Positions 31,100 to 40,711 of a stretch of DNA of 64,000 bases are shown one piece after another. Origin of the DNA: Candidatus Coprovivens sp. Lineage in GTDB: Bacteria > Bacillota_I > Bacilli_A > RF39 > UBA660. The notes under the pieces are model-generated. The model was not told the origin of the DNA and searched no databases. It saw only the letters and a program-made list of their open reading frames with translations. The stretch covers positions 1-64,000 of the forward strand of contig JBJFGS010000036.1 of the NCBI GenBank assembly GCA_051892935.1, in the 5' to 3' direction. How positions within the stretch are numbered: position 1 is the stretch's first letter; each line of letters starts with the position of its first letter. The translations under genes were made by a program, and so were the position numbers.

Positions 31100-33904
31100 C
31101 TACAAATATTTTTTTAACCATTGACCAGTATAACTTTCTTTTACTTTAGCAACTTGCTCTGGAGTACCAGTAGCAACTATCATACCACCTTCATCTCCAC
31201 CTTCTGGCCCTAAATCAATTATATAATCAGCTACTTTAATTACATCTAAATTATGTTCAATCACTATAACAGTGTCACCATTATCAACAATTCTTTGTAA
31301 AATAACTAATAACTTTTTAATATCATCAGAATGCAACCCGGTAGTTGGTTCATCCAAAATAAACACACTCTTACCAGTAGCTTTCTTTTGTAATTCTTTT
31401 GCAAGCTTAACACGTCCTGCTTCACCACCAGATAATGTTGGAGCTGGTTGACCTAATTCAATATAAGATAAACCAACATCTTGCATTACTTGAATCTTAT
31501 TTCTTACTTTAGGTATATTATCAAAAAATTCCAACGCTTCAGAAACTCTCATATGTAAAACTTCTGAAATATTTTTGTCTTTAAATTTAACATCTAAGGT
31601 CTCTCTATTATATCTCGTACCTTTACATACTTCACAAGGGACATAAACATCAGGTAAAAAATTCATTTCTATTTTTTTAACCCCGTCACCCCAACAAGCT
31701 TCACAACGCCCACCTTTAACATTGAAAGAAAATCTATTTTTTCCATATCCTCTCATTTTAGACTCTTTCATTTCGGCAAAAACATCACGTATATTATCAA
31801 ATACACCAACATATGTTGCCGGATTACTTCTAGGTGTCCTACCTATTGGATCTTGAGTAATATGAACAACTTTATCAACATTCTCCATTCCTTTAACTTC
31901 TTTACATTTACCAACAACAACTTTTGATTTATATACTTTCTTAGTTAAAGCATTAAAAAGTATATCATTTACTAAAGTTGATTTACCGGAACCAGAAACT
32001 CCAGTTACACAAATAAACTTTCCTAAAGGGAACTTAACATTAACTTTTTTCAAATTATGTTCTTGAGCACCCTTTATTTCTAAGAATAAACCATTTCCCT
32101 TTCTTCGTTCCTTAGGTACATCTATTTTTTCTTTTCCTGTTAAATACTTACCCGTTAATGAATTAGGATTTTTCATTACTTCTTCAGGAGTACCTGCAGC
32201 CATAATATGCCCACCTAAAACACCAGCACCAGGACCTATATCAACTAAATAATCAGCTGCCATCATCGTATCTATATCATGTTCAACAACAATTAGTGTA
32301 TTACCTAAATCTCTCATTTCTTTCATTGAAGCAATAAGTTTTTCATTATCTCTTTGGTGTAATCCTATACTTGGTTCATCTAAAACATATAATACACCAG
32401 TTAGTTTACTACCAATTTGTGTTGCCAATCTAATACGTTGTGCCTCTCCACCAGACAAAGTTCCTGCAGCACGATTTAAAGTTAAATATCCTAAACCAAC
32501 ATTATTTAAAAACTCCAGTCTATTACATATTTCCTTAACTAATAGTTCACTAATCGTTTGTTGCTCCTTAGTCAATTTTAAATTATTCATAAATTTATAT
32601 AATTCAGAAATAGATAATGCTGTCATATCATAAATATTCTTTTTATTAATATAAACATTCAATATTTCATGTTTTAACCTAGTTCCATGACAAAGTGAAC
32701 ACTCTTGTTCTATCATAAAACCTTCTATCCATTCTCGTATCCATCCAGCAGTTGTTTCTATATATCTTCTCTCTAAATTTGGAATAATTCCTTCAAAAAA
32801 ATCACTTTTAGTACGAATATTTCCATTTTTTGAAACATATTTAAAATCCATTATCTCCGTAGTTCCATAAAGAATTTTATCCAACTTTTCTCTTGGAATA
32901 TCTTTTACAGGCATATTTAAATCAATATCATAATAATCTGCTACAGTAGAAATTTCCGTATATTGAATATTTTGGTCCAAAGATATTGTTACTATTGCAC
33001 CATCATTAATACTTTTACTCGTATTAGGTATTAGTAATTCTTCAGAAATTTTCATTTTCATTCCTAAACCATTACATTCAGGGCATGCTCCCCAAGGAGA
33101 ATTAAAAGAAAACATTCTTGTTTCTAATTTAGGCATCGAATAATTACAATGAATACAAGCATAATTTTCACTCATTAAAATTTCTTCTTGTCCTATTATA
33201 TTAAATAGAACTATCCCGCTTGCAAGCCCACAAGCATTTTCAATAGATTCAAAAATTCTAGATCTATCCTCTTTTCTTACTACTACTCTATCAACAACAA
33301 CCTCTATATTATCCTTCTTATTTTTTTCTAAAATAATATCATCAGCTAAATCTTTTACTTCACCATTAACTCTTACACGACTATATCCTTTTTTTCTCAA
33401 CTCATCTAATACTTGCGCATGAGCACCTTTTTCTCCTCTAACAACAGGTGCCATAATTTCAATTTTCGTTCCTTCCGGAAAATCCATCACTTTATTAGTC
33501 ATTTCTTCTATACTTTGACTCTTAATAGGCTCCTTATGGTTAGGACAATATGGTACTCCAATACGAGCAAACAATAATCTCAAGTAATCATATATCTCCG
33601 TAACTGTTCCAACTGTACTACGAGGATTATTATTAGTACTCTTCTGATCAATACTAATACTTGGACTTAAACCCTCAATACTATCTACATCAGGTTTACT
33701 AGTACCTCCCAAAAATTGTCTTGCATACGCCGATAAGCTTTCGACATAACGTCTTTGTCCTTCTGCATAAATAGTATCAAATGCCAAACTACTCTTACCT
33801 GAACCGGAAACACCAGTCATTACAACCAAAGAATTCTTTGGAATCTCTAAATCCACATTTTGTAAATTATTTTCTCTTGCACCCTTTATTATTATCTTGT
33901 CCAT
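31100..33904 (-). CDS. uvrA: Excinuclease ABC subunit A
   Basis: Two GVSGSGKS P-loops, zinc fingers, LSGGEA signatures. Confidence 0.98.
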   Translation of the reverse strand: MDKIIIKGARENNLQNVDLEIPKNSLVVMTGVSGSGKSSLAFDTIYAEGQRRYVESLSAYARQFLGGTSKPDVDSIEGLSPSISIDQKSTNNNPRSTVGTVTEIYDYLRLLFARIGVPYCPNHKEPIKSQSIEEMTNKVMDFPEGTKIEIMAPVVRGEKGAHAQVLDELRKKGYSRVRVNGEVKDLADDIILEKNKKDNIEVVVDRVVVRKEDRSRIFESIENACGLASGIVLFNIIGQEEILMSENYACIHCNYSMPKLETRMFSFNSPWGACPECNGLGMKMKISEELLIPNTSKSINDGAIVTISLDQNIQYTEISTVADYYDIDLNMPVKDIPREKLDKILYGTTEIMDFKYVSKNGNIRTKSDFFEGIIPNLERRYIETTAGWIREWIEGFMIEQECSLCHGTRLKHEILNVYINKKNIYDMTALSISELYKFMNNLKLTKEQQTISELLVKEICNRLEFLNNVGLGYLTLNRAAGTLSGGEAQRIRLATQIGSKLTGVLYVLDEPSIGLHQRDNEKLIASMKEMRDLGNTLIVVEHDIDTMMAADYLVDIGPGAGVLGGHIMAAGTPEEVMKNPNSLTGKYLTGKEKIDVPKERRKGNGLFLEIKGAQEHNLKKVNVKFPLGKFICVTGVSGSGKSTLVNDILFNALTKKVYKSKVVVGKCKEVKGMENVDKVVHITQDPIGRTPRSNPATYVGVFDNIRDVFAEMKESKMRGYGKNRFSFNVKGGRCEACWGDGVKKIEMNFLPDVYVPCEVCKGTRYNRETLDVKFKDKNISEVLHMRVSEALEFFDNIPKVRNKIQVMQDVGLSYIELGQPAPTLSGGEAGRVKLAKELQKKATGKSVFILDEPTTGLHSDDIKKLLVILQRIVDNGDTVIVIEHNLDVIKVADYIIDLGPEGGDEGGMIVATGTPEQVAKVKESYTGQWLKKYL

Positions 33905-34424
33905 ACATTAACACCTTCCTTATCTGTTTTTCTGCTGATGAATAACTATTATATATATCCAAATAATCAAAATGATAATACAATAAAGATCTAATCACTC
34001 CAAAATCATTTCTAAAATTTTTCAAAAATAATATCTTTTCTTCTTCACTTAATCTACAAGTGCTTAAAAATTTTAAAACATCATGAGGAGGCGAAACAAG
34101 CATCTTATCTATAATTTCATCTCTCGTTAAAAATCTATCAATAGTCATTTCTTCAAAACAATACATATCATAATATCCATTATAATCATCATCTCTTCGA
34201 ATAAAAGCACCTCTACCAGTAACTTCTGCAACTACAACATCTTCTTCCATTGCATTTACATATCTAAATACATCAGATAAAGCTGTACACATATGCCATC
34301 CATTACCATTATTACCGAATTTTAATTCTCCTTTAGTATAATACGTTTTTCCCACAGTAAAAGGCATACCATATCTATTAGTTTCATCTTTATTAAAAGC
34401 CTTATATCCTTTTACTTCAACCAT
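33867..34424 (-). CDS. Hypothetical protein with phage-type 'KGYKAF..GKTY' N-terminal domain
   Basis: VKGYKAFNKD....YG..F.VGKTY.....GWHMC....DVF.Y resembles a domain I recall from Firmicute phage proteins. Confidence 0.55.
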   Translation of the reverse strand: MVEVKGYKAFNKDETNRYGMPFTVGKTYYTKGELKFGNNGNGWHMCTALSDVFRYVNAMEEDVVVAEVTGRGAFIRRDDDYNGYYDMYCFEEMTIDRFLTRDEIIDKMLVSPPHDVLKFLSTCRLSEEEKILFLKNFRNDFGVIRSLLYYHFDYLDIYNSYSSAEKQIRKVLMYGQDNNKGCKRK

Positions 34425-34426
34425 AG

Positions 34427-35230
34427 TTATCTCCTTAAATCATAAAAATTACATTTACAACAAAGTTTATGTATTTTTTTATTATTCAAAAAACCTTGTT
34501 TCATTTCTTTAAACAAATCGCCACTTATTATACCATTTAAATCCTGTTTGTAAATATTTCCTAAATTAATAACTCCTTCACTATCTAAACAACATGGAAT
34601 AACAGTTCCATCCACTAATATACCAATATGATCCCTTAATCCTCTACACGAACCAATCTCATTATAATAAGAATTTTCAAAACTAGGCCAAATAAACTCT
34701 TCTTCTACTTCATAATAAATATTATTTGCTAATTTTAAATTTTTAGAATCATTAATATGTACATTATATTTTTCATTTAATCTATTCAATATAGTATCTT
34801 TATACTTACTATCAACCCAAACTCTATATTTAACATAAGTGTTATTAAGTACTAATTTATCAACAACATTAAAAACATCATCTATATATTCATCAAAAGA
34901 TTTATTATATCTATCATCAAAACTATGCAATGATATATTTATCTGTCTAATATTTTTATTATCTTGAATCCTCTTAATTAAATAACCATTACTAGTTATA
35001 TTAACGTAATAACGTTTACTAGCTAAATTAATTAATTCATTTATATTAGGATGTAAAAGTGGCTCTCCCATAACATGAAAATACAAATACCTAGTATATC
35101 CTTCTAACTTATCTAATAATACATTAAATTGTTCTAAAGAAATAAACTTTTTATCTCTTTTATTTCTTATACAAAAAGAACAATCTAAATTGCAATTATT
35201 AGTTATTTCTAAATATATTTTTTTAAACAT
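34427..35230 (-). CDS. Radical SAM protein with SPASM/Twitch domain
   Basis: CNLDCSFC, GEPLLHP, C-terminal C...PCC...CCKC. Confidence 0.9.
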   Translation of the reverse strand: MFKKIYLEITNNCNLDCSFCIRNKRDKKFISLEQFNVLLDKLEGYTRYLYFHVMGEPLLHPNINELINLASKRYYVNITSNGYLIKRIQDNKNIRQINISLHSFDDRYNKSFDEYIDDVFNVVDKLVLNNTYVKYRVWVDSKYKDTILNRLNEKYNVHINDSKNLKLANNIYYEVEEEFIWPSFENSYYNEIGSCRGLRDHIGILVDGTVIPCCLDSEGVINLGNIYKQDLNGIISGDLFKEMKQGFLNNKKIHKLCCKCNFYDLRR

Positions 35231-35247
35231 ATAAAACACCCAAGAAT

Positions 35248-35275
35248 ATTATAGCACACATTTGTTCGTTGTAAA
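35248..35275 (-). promoter_or_regulatory. Sigma-A promoter with putative LexA (Cheo) box in the spacer
   Basis: TTTACA-16 bp-TATAAT with extended TG; spacer contains CGAACAAATGTGTG (35268-35255). Confidence 0.5.
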
Positions 35276-35396
35276 CTAATCTCTTATTTTTTATACTACA
35301 CAACATGAATATAAATATAATTAATATTCCATTATAGATATAGTATCTAAATAATATAAATATTTTCTATAAAATTAAATTAGTAACATTAATGGA

Positions 35397-35744
35397 GTGA
35401 TTCTTATGAACAGAATAAAAGAGTTAAGAAAAAAAAGAAAAGTTACCCAAATAAGACTAAGCATCGCTGCAGAGGTATCGCAAGAAACAATTTCTGCTTA
35501 TGAAAATGGTAAAGCAGAGCCAAAAATGGACAAACTTATTAGAATCGCCGACTTTCTTAATACATCAACAGATTACCTGCTAGAAAGAACAGATAACGAT
35601 TCCCCATTAATTGAAATAACTAATAATATAGTCGATGAACAACTTAATGAATTAATAAATAACTATGCTAAATTAAATCATTATCAGAGAAAAGACTTAG
35701 TATGGTATAGTGGAATTATAGAAAATAAAGACCTTAACAATTAA
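35397..35744 (+). CDS. XRE-family helix-turn-helix regulator
   Basis: RIKELRKK..TQ..L...VSQ.TIS.YE.G..EP....L..IA.FL..S.DYLL. Confidence 0.92.
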   Translation: MILMNRIKELRKKRKVTQIRLSIAAEVSQETISAYENGKAEPKMDKLIRIADFLNTSTDYLLERTDNDSPLIEITNNIVDEQLNELINNYAKLNHYQRKDLVWYSGIIENKDLNN

Positions 35745-35760
35745 GGTCTTTATTTTCTAT
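35718..35760. terminator. Bidirectional terminator, perfect 20-bp inverted repeat
   Basis: ATAGAAAATAAAGACCTTAA-caa-TTAAGGTCTTTATTTTCTAT overlapping both convergent stop codons. Confidence 0.8.
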
Positions 35761-36488
35761 TCTTTATAAACATTTTTTATTGTTACGCTACTAGCTTCAC
35801 CATCTCCACCTTTAGTAATAACAATCTCTTTACCATCTTTAACATTTCCAACTCCATCTAAAGAGTCACTAATTTTACCCAAATCTCTAATTATTTCATC
35901 AGAAGTCTTATTTGACATAAAGTCAAAATAATCCATTTCATCACCAATCAAAGATTGATATACATCTTCTTCTGAATACTTAACTGGCGGTACAGTGATT
36001 GATTTTTTTTCTCTTTTCAAAGCCCTATTAAAAGAATTAATAGCTCCATTTACTTCCATTCCCATATAAGCATTCTTTAAATCTAACAATCCCGTTAATT
36101 TAATGTCCTCTGCTTGTGAATCAACATTCATTTGATCAGTTTGTCTCATTATATCTTCCATATTTCTAAGACCAAAAACACCAACAATTTTATCTCTCTC
36201 ATACGATCCATATTCATCTGAATCTTCAATTTTTCCACGAGCCAAATGTTTACTCATTAAATCTTCAGCTTTAGCCTCTGGTACTTCAGTGCCACTTTCA
36301 ACATGTTTATAATTTCCATTATCCATTAAAATATAAAAAGATAAATAATTATCTACATAAGTAAACAAAAAAGAATCATATACCAATTTACCATTTTCAA
36401 TACTAGTCATAATAGTAAAACTTTTACGAACACTATAACCACCAAAAATATATTTAGCAGGAATATTTTTTAACATATAATTAAACAT
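35757..36488 (-). CDS. Hypothetical protein
   Basis: 243-aa ORF coupled to the SDR gene; no motif recognised. Confidence 0.6.
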   Translation of the reverse strand: MFNYMLKNIPAKYIFGGYSVRKSFTIMTSIENGKLVYDSFLFTYVDNYLSFYILMDNGNYKHVESGTEVPEAKAEDLMSKHLARGKIEDSDEYGSYERDKIVGVFGLRNMEDIMRQTDQMNVDSQAEDIKLTGLLDLKNAYMGMEVNGAINSFNRALKREKKSITVPPVKYSEEDVYQSLIGDEMDYFDFMSNKTSDEIIRDLGKISDSLDGVGNVKDGKEIVITKGGDGEASSVTIKNVYKE

Positions 36489-36490
36489 TT

Positions 36491-37243
36491 TTAACGAACC
36501 TTCTTTCTTTGAATAATACCTACTACTTTTAAAGACAATTTATATGGAATAAATCTATTTAAAAATAATCCAAGCTTAGTAGAAAAACCAGGTACAATAA
36601 GCATTTTACCTTTTAACATTTTATCAACAGCATACTTTGCTACATACTCACTACTTAAAGCCTTTATAGTAAATTTACCTCCAGCTACTTTATTAAAATT
36701 AGTATTAACAGGACCAGGACACAAACAACTAATATGAACATTACTTTTAATATATTTCAATTCCTCATATAATGCCATTGTCCACTTAGCAACATAATTC
36801 TTTGTAGCATAATAAGTATTAAGACCAGGTCCCGCTAAAAATCCAGCACTACTAGAAACATTAAGTATATATCCAGAATTTCTTTTTACCATATCTTGCA
36901 AAAACATCTTAGAAAGAATATGTAAAGCCGTAATATTAAGCTCTATCATTTTTAATTCTCTATTAATATCAGTCTCCCAAGTATTCCCAAACAAACCAAA
37001 TCCAGCATTATTAACTAGTATATCTATTTTCTCATTTTTATATTTATCATATAATTTAAAACAATTATCTTTTCTGGTTAAATCCATAGGACATATTTCA
37101 ACATTAGTATTTATTGAATTAGCGGTCTCCTTTAATCTATTTTCATCTCTACTAACTAAAATCAAATCATATCCAAGATTACCCAAATATCTTGCAATAT
37201 CCCTTCCGATTCCAGAAGAAGCTCCAGTTACTAATGCTTTCAT
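36491..37243 (-). CDS. Short-chain dehydrogenase/reductase
   Basis: TGASSGIG, NNAGFG, YYATK, LCPGPV. Confidence 0.93.
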   Translation of the reverse strand: MKALVTGASSGIGRDIARYLGNLGYDLILVSRDENRLKETANSINTNVEICPMDLTRKDNCFKLYDKYKNEKIDILVNNAGFGLFGNTWETDINRELKMIELNITALHILSKMFLQDMVKRNSGYILNVSSSAGFLAGPGLNTYYATKNYVAKWTMALYEELKYIKSNVHISCLCPGPVNTNFNKVAGGKFTIKALSSEYVAKYAVDKMLKGKMLIVPGFSTKLGLFLNRFIPYKLSLKVVGIIQRKKVR

Positions 37244-37294
37244 ATTATCACCTAATAATATTTTACCATAAAAAAAGAAGAATACTCTTCTTTT

Positions 37295-38632
37295 TTATCC
37301 CAAATATCCAGATGAATCAGCAAGATAGATAACATTCGTATTTACAGAATATTTTTTTAAGAAAGTATCAACATCTATAGGAGCTGCATTATCATCATTT
37401 TTATCAGCTGAATCCGATATGTAAAATTGATCTGTTTTAGGATCATAATCAACAATAGCAACCCAGTGAGTATTATTCGTATATTTATTATTATATCGAG
37501 AATCAACAGTAACCATAACCATATTACCTTTCGAAACCTCAGTAGTTAAATGGTTTTTATAAGCCGGATAATTACTCCTAGATACTTCATCTCTTGAACC
37601 AACAGGTATTCCAAGTTCATTTTCCAAGTAATTTTTAATCGTACCAGCATATAAAAACTTTTGACCCATAGCTACAAATAATTTTTCCGGAGTAACATCA
37701 TCATACTTAGAACTCAAAATACTAGCTAAGGCATTATAACCACAACCTGCACTCCTTAATGTCTTACCTGTATCAACAAATCTTAGGTTTTCATTCCATC
37801 CCTGCTGGAATACAGTAACAACCTTTCCGTGAGAAGTAACAATTTTTCTACTATATCCCTCTTCTTGACTTCCTTCATCATTTAATAATATAGTTTGTCC
37901 TGATCCCAACAAAGAAGACAAATCCTCATCGCCACTTTCTAAAGCTTTATTTACAGCTTCGGTTGCCATTGCCACATATTCTTCTTCTTTTGCAGTCAAA
38001 TCTAATCCTTCTATTTCAGATATTTCTTCGTCTTCAGTTGCATTATTACTTCCTTTTACAGCATTAAAACTTGCAACACTACCATTTAAACCCTTAATGG
38101 TATCGACAGTTGAATCAATATTAACAATTAATTCTTCCAATTCTTTTTTTAACTGATTTACTAATTCTGTCAATTCTTTTTTCTTTTTTTCATATTCCTT
38201 GTATTCAGAAGTTAATTCACCAGTATCAACATCTTTACCATTAACTCTTTTAGTTTCATATTTTGGAGAAGGTTCTTTTAAACTATTCAATTCATCCAGT
38301 TTCTTTTCATACAACTCATCTTTTTCTTTTAAAGTAGTTACAAAAGGCAACAACGTATTAATAGACTCTGTACAAGCAACCTGCAACCCATTAGAAACAC
38401 TAGCTTGAAACTTTTCCAATCTCTCTTTCAAAGCAGGAACAGAAACCGTAACAAGTTGTTCTTGCCCTAACTCCTTCCAATCCGAAGACTCTAACTGCGA
38501 TTGCAACTTTTCTACCGACTTAATTAATGAAGAAACATTGCCGGACAATGTACTAGCCTTACCAACAATATCGGTAGAAGCATTTAATTCCTCATAATAT
38601 TTAGTATAAGGAGCAACAAAAAAAATTGCCAT
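37295..38632 (-). CDS. WXG100-like/coiled-coil N-terminus fused to a C39-like cysteine peptidase
   Basis: Helical hairpin with central DWKELG; C-terminal QQ.W...GCG..ALA.IL...HWVAI.DYD....Y.SDS. Confidence 0.72.
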   Translation of the reverse strand: MAIFFVAPYTKYYEELNASTDIVGKASTLSGNVSSLIKSVEKLQSQLESSDWKELGQEQLVTVSVPALKERLEKFQASVSNGLQVACTESINTLLPFVTTLKEKDELYEKKLDELNSLKEPSPKYETKRVNGKDVDTGELTSEYKEYEKKKKELTELVNQLKKELEELIVNIDSTVDTIKGLNGSVASFNAVKGSNNATEDEEISEIEGLDLTAKEEEYVAMATEAVNKALESGDEDLSSLLGSGQTILLNDEGSQEEGYSRKIVTSHGKVVTVFQQGWNENLRFVDTGKTLRSAGCGYNALASILSSKYDDVTPEKLFVAMGQKFLYAGTIKNYLENELGIPVGSRDEVSRSNYPAYKNHLTTEVSKGNMVMVTVDSRYNNKYTNNTHWVAIVDYDPKTDQFYISDSADKNDDNAAPIDVDTFLKKYSVNTNVIYLADSSGYLG

Positions 38633-38643
38633 AATATCACCTT

Positions 38644-38973
38644 CTATATTACATCAAGCTCATCAGCTTGAATATCAACACTTTTCTCCTGAACATTTTC
38701 TTCTTGTTTATATAAACTTAATGTATTCTTTAAAAAAATATCATATTCTTCCAATCTATTTTCAATTTCAGGAAACTTAGAAGCTATTTTTTTATAATGA
38801 TTATAAAGTATTTCTTGAGCCTTACCACTCCAAATTGTTAAGTGCGTACCATCAACTTTGCTCATTTCATCATTAATATCTTCAATTAATTTTTTCACTT
38901 CAGAAATCTTACTTTCAAATAAATCTAAGTTTTTTTCAAATTCCGAAGCATTAATCTTTAATATCTTAGACAT
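38644..38973 (-). CDS. WXG100-family protein
   Basis: 109 aa, central WSG, C-terminal YKQEE (YxxxE); RBS AGGAGGAG. Confidence 0.82.
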   Translation of the reverse strand: MSKILKINASEFEKNLDLFESKISEVKKLIEDINDEMSKVDGTHLTIWSGKAQEILYNHYKKIASKFPEIENRLEEYDIFLKNTLSLYKQEENVQEKSVDIQADELDVI

Positions 38974-39274
38974 TGTCAAACTCCTCCTCTTTACTAACAA
39001 CTTCTTTCCATTCGACATCAGTCATATTATATAAACCAGAAGATTTCTTTATCAAAGCACCTACACGTTTTACTTCTACAACATCAGATTTTCTATTTTT
39101 TAAATATGTAGTTGAATTGTTAATAAAAATTGAACAATCATTTCCTTCCCAACAATCCCCAAAATTATTAATTAAAACAATCAATTCATTAATCTTTCTA
39201 TTCAAATCAATAGCTTTATTTTCAACAGAACTACCAATTCTACTTATTTCCCTATAATTAACATTTAATTTCAT
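38966..39274 (-). CDS. WXG100-family protein
   Basis: About 102 aa, central WEG, C-terminal YNMTD (YxxxD). Confidence 0.82.
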   Translation of the reverse strand: MKLNVNYREISRIGSSVENKAIDLNRKINELIVLINNFGDCWEGNDCSIFINNSTTYLKNRKSDVVEVKRVGALIKKSSGLYNMTDVEWKEVVSKEEEFDNV

Positions 39275-39276
39275 TT

Positions 39277-40218
39277 TCAAGCCCCTTTTAAATCTCCTAA
39301 ATAATCAACACTACTTAATACTTTCTCGGTAGTTACTCCATTATCTTCTGCTACTTTATCAACAAATTCTCTAACCATGCTAACAGTATTATCACTAATA
39401 TCATATTCAGATAGATTTTCTCCTAAATATAATTTATTAATAGAGTTTAATAATAAATCTTCATATTTTTCATCTAATAATAATTCACTTATAGAAATAT
39501 TATTATTCTTAGCAATTGAAACGAAATACTTCTTAGCCATAAAAATTACATTATCATTAAACTTTATATTATCTACAATACCTTCATTATTTAACACTTT
39601 TTCTAAAAATAGTTTTTGAATATTAAAAGATTCTTCTGAGATTTCAGTATCTATATTAATAGTTGTATCTCCGTAATATTTTTTTAGTAAACATAACAAA
39701 ATACCAGATCCTACATCCGAAAGTAAAATATCATTTATAGAATATTCACCCTTATTAATATCTAAAAAAGACACAATACTTTCAACTTCAACACCTGTAA
39801 TAGAATTAATACTTTCTGAAATATTAGAATTAGAAATAGATACATTATTATTAACATCAGAAACTTCTACCGATTCTATAGAAGAATAATAAGAACCACT
39901 TCCACCACTAGCTGCTGCAGCACCAATAATCTCTTGCTGTATCTGTTTAGCAATACTCTCCTCTAATTCTGATATCTCATCAGCATGTAAAGTTATCTTT
40001 GTCATTAAATTCTCATTACTTTGTTTCAAAGCTTCAATTTGAGATTTCAATTTTGCCAAACCTTCACTAAACAAATCCAAACTCACAAGTACATCAAAAT
40101 CTTTAGATAAAGATGCAAGCATCGAATTCTCAATTATGTTTAAAGTACCATCTAATATAGTTATTACATTCATAACATCATCAGTACTAATATTAATTTT
40201 TTCTCCGTTAGTAGCCAT
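39277..40218 (-). CDS. Hypothetical protein with WXG100-like helical N-terminus and acidic repeat C-terminus
   Basis: About 95-aa two-helix N-terminus without the Trp, AAAASGGSGS linker; first gene of the coupled operon. Confidence 0.6.
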   Translation of the reverse strand: MATNGEKINISTDDVMNVITILDGTLNIIENSMLASLSKDFDVLVSLDLFSEGLAKLKSQIEALKQSNENLMTKITLHADEISELEESIAKQIQQEIIGAAAASGGSGSYYSSIESVEVSDVNNNVSISNSNISESINSITGVEVESIVSFLDINKGEYSINDILLSDVGSGILLCLLKKYYGDTTINIDTEISEESFNIQKLFLEKVLNNEGIVDNIKFNDNVIFMAKKYFVSIAKNNNISISELLLDEKYEDLLLNSINKLYLGENLSEYDISDNTVSMVREFVDKVAEDNGVTTEKVLSSVDYLGDLKGA

Positions 40219-40295
40219 TTTTAATCACTCTGTTCTATTTACTATTTTCTCTATTATATAATATCAAAAAAAACCATTAATAAACACCCAAAAGC

Positions 40296-40661
40296 TTAAT
40301 TTTTTACCAACATAACACCTTTTCTTAACATACTACTTGAAACATTAAGTAATTGAATACCAACATTTTCACCTTCACTAGCTGAATCAAGTATTTGTCT
40401 AAATTTTTCAATTTTACCAACTATTACAACTTCACCAGTATCTTTAATAATAAGTTGATCTCCTGATTTAACAGAACCTTTTACTATTTGACCAACAACA
40501 ACTTTCCCAAGACCAGAAACAGAAAAGATATCATCAATTATAAAGCAAAAAGAATAGTTTCTTCCAACTTCATCATGCATTTGCATATCTTTCATATAAC
40601 TACTTGTATTCCCAGTAACATCAATTTCCCTTTTCTTAAAAATTAAATCTAATAATCCCAT
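40296..40661 (-). CDS. Stand-alone EF-Tu domain II-like beta-barrel protein
   Basis: IDDIFSVSGLGKVVVGQ...IEKFRQILDSASEGENVG aligns to [17 protein letters not shown]...[18 protein letters not shown] of tuf in this window. Confidence 0.85.
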   Translation of the reverse strand: MGLLDLIFKKREIDVTGNTSSYMKDMQMHDEVGRNYSFCFIIDDIFSVSGLGKVVVGQIVKGSVKSGDQLIIKDTGEVVIVGKIEKFRQILDSASEGENVGIQLLNVSSSMLRKGVMLVKN

Positions 40662-40711
40662 ATATTTCACTCCTTATCATATATCTATTTTACCACAAAA
40701 AGAAGAAAGGT

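Noticed and set aside
31400-31435. UvrA second signature LSGGEAGR (Q to G)
   Set aside because: Single substitution with other motifs intact; too weak to interpret.
30177-35230. RiPP cluster formed by the leader-motif peptide and the rSAM/SPASM enzyme
   Set aside because: Separated by uvrA and a terminator; the rSAM is short with no evident RRE and there is no transporter. Kept as separate findings.
33867-35744. Prophage remnant (XRE plus phage-type gene)
   Set aside because: No integrase, replication or structural phage genes; the genes are embedded in a uvrA operon.
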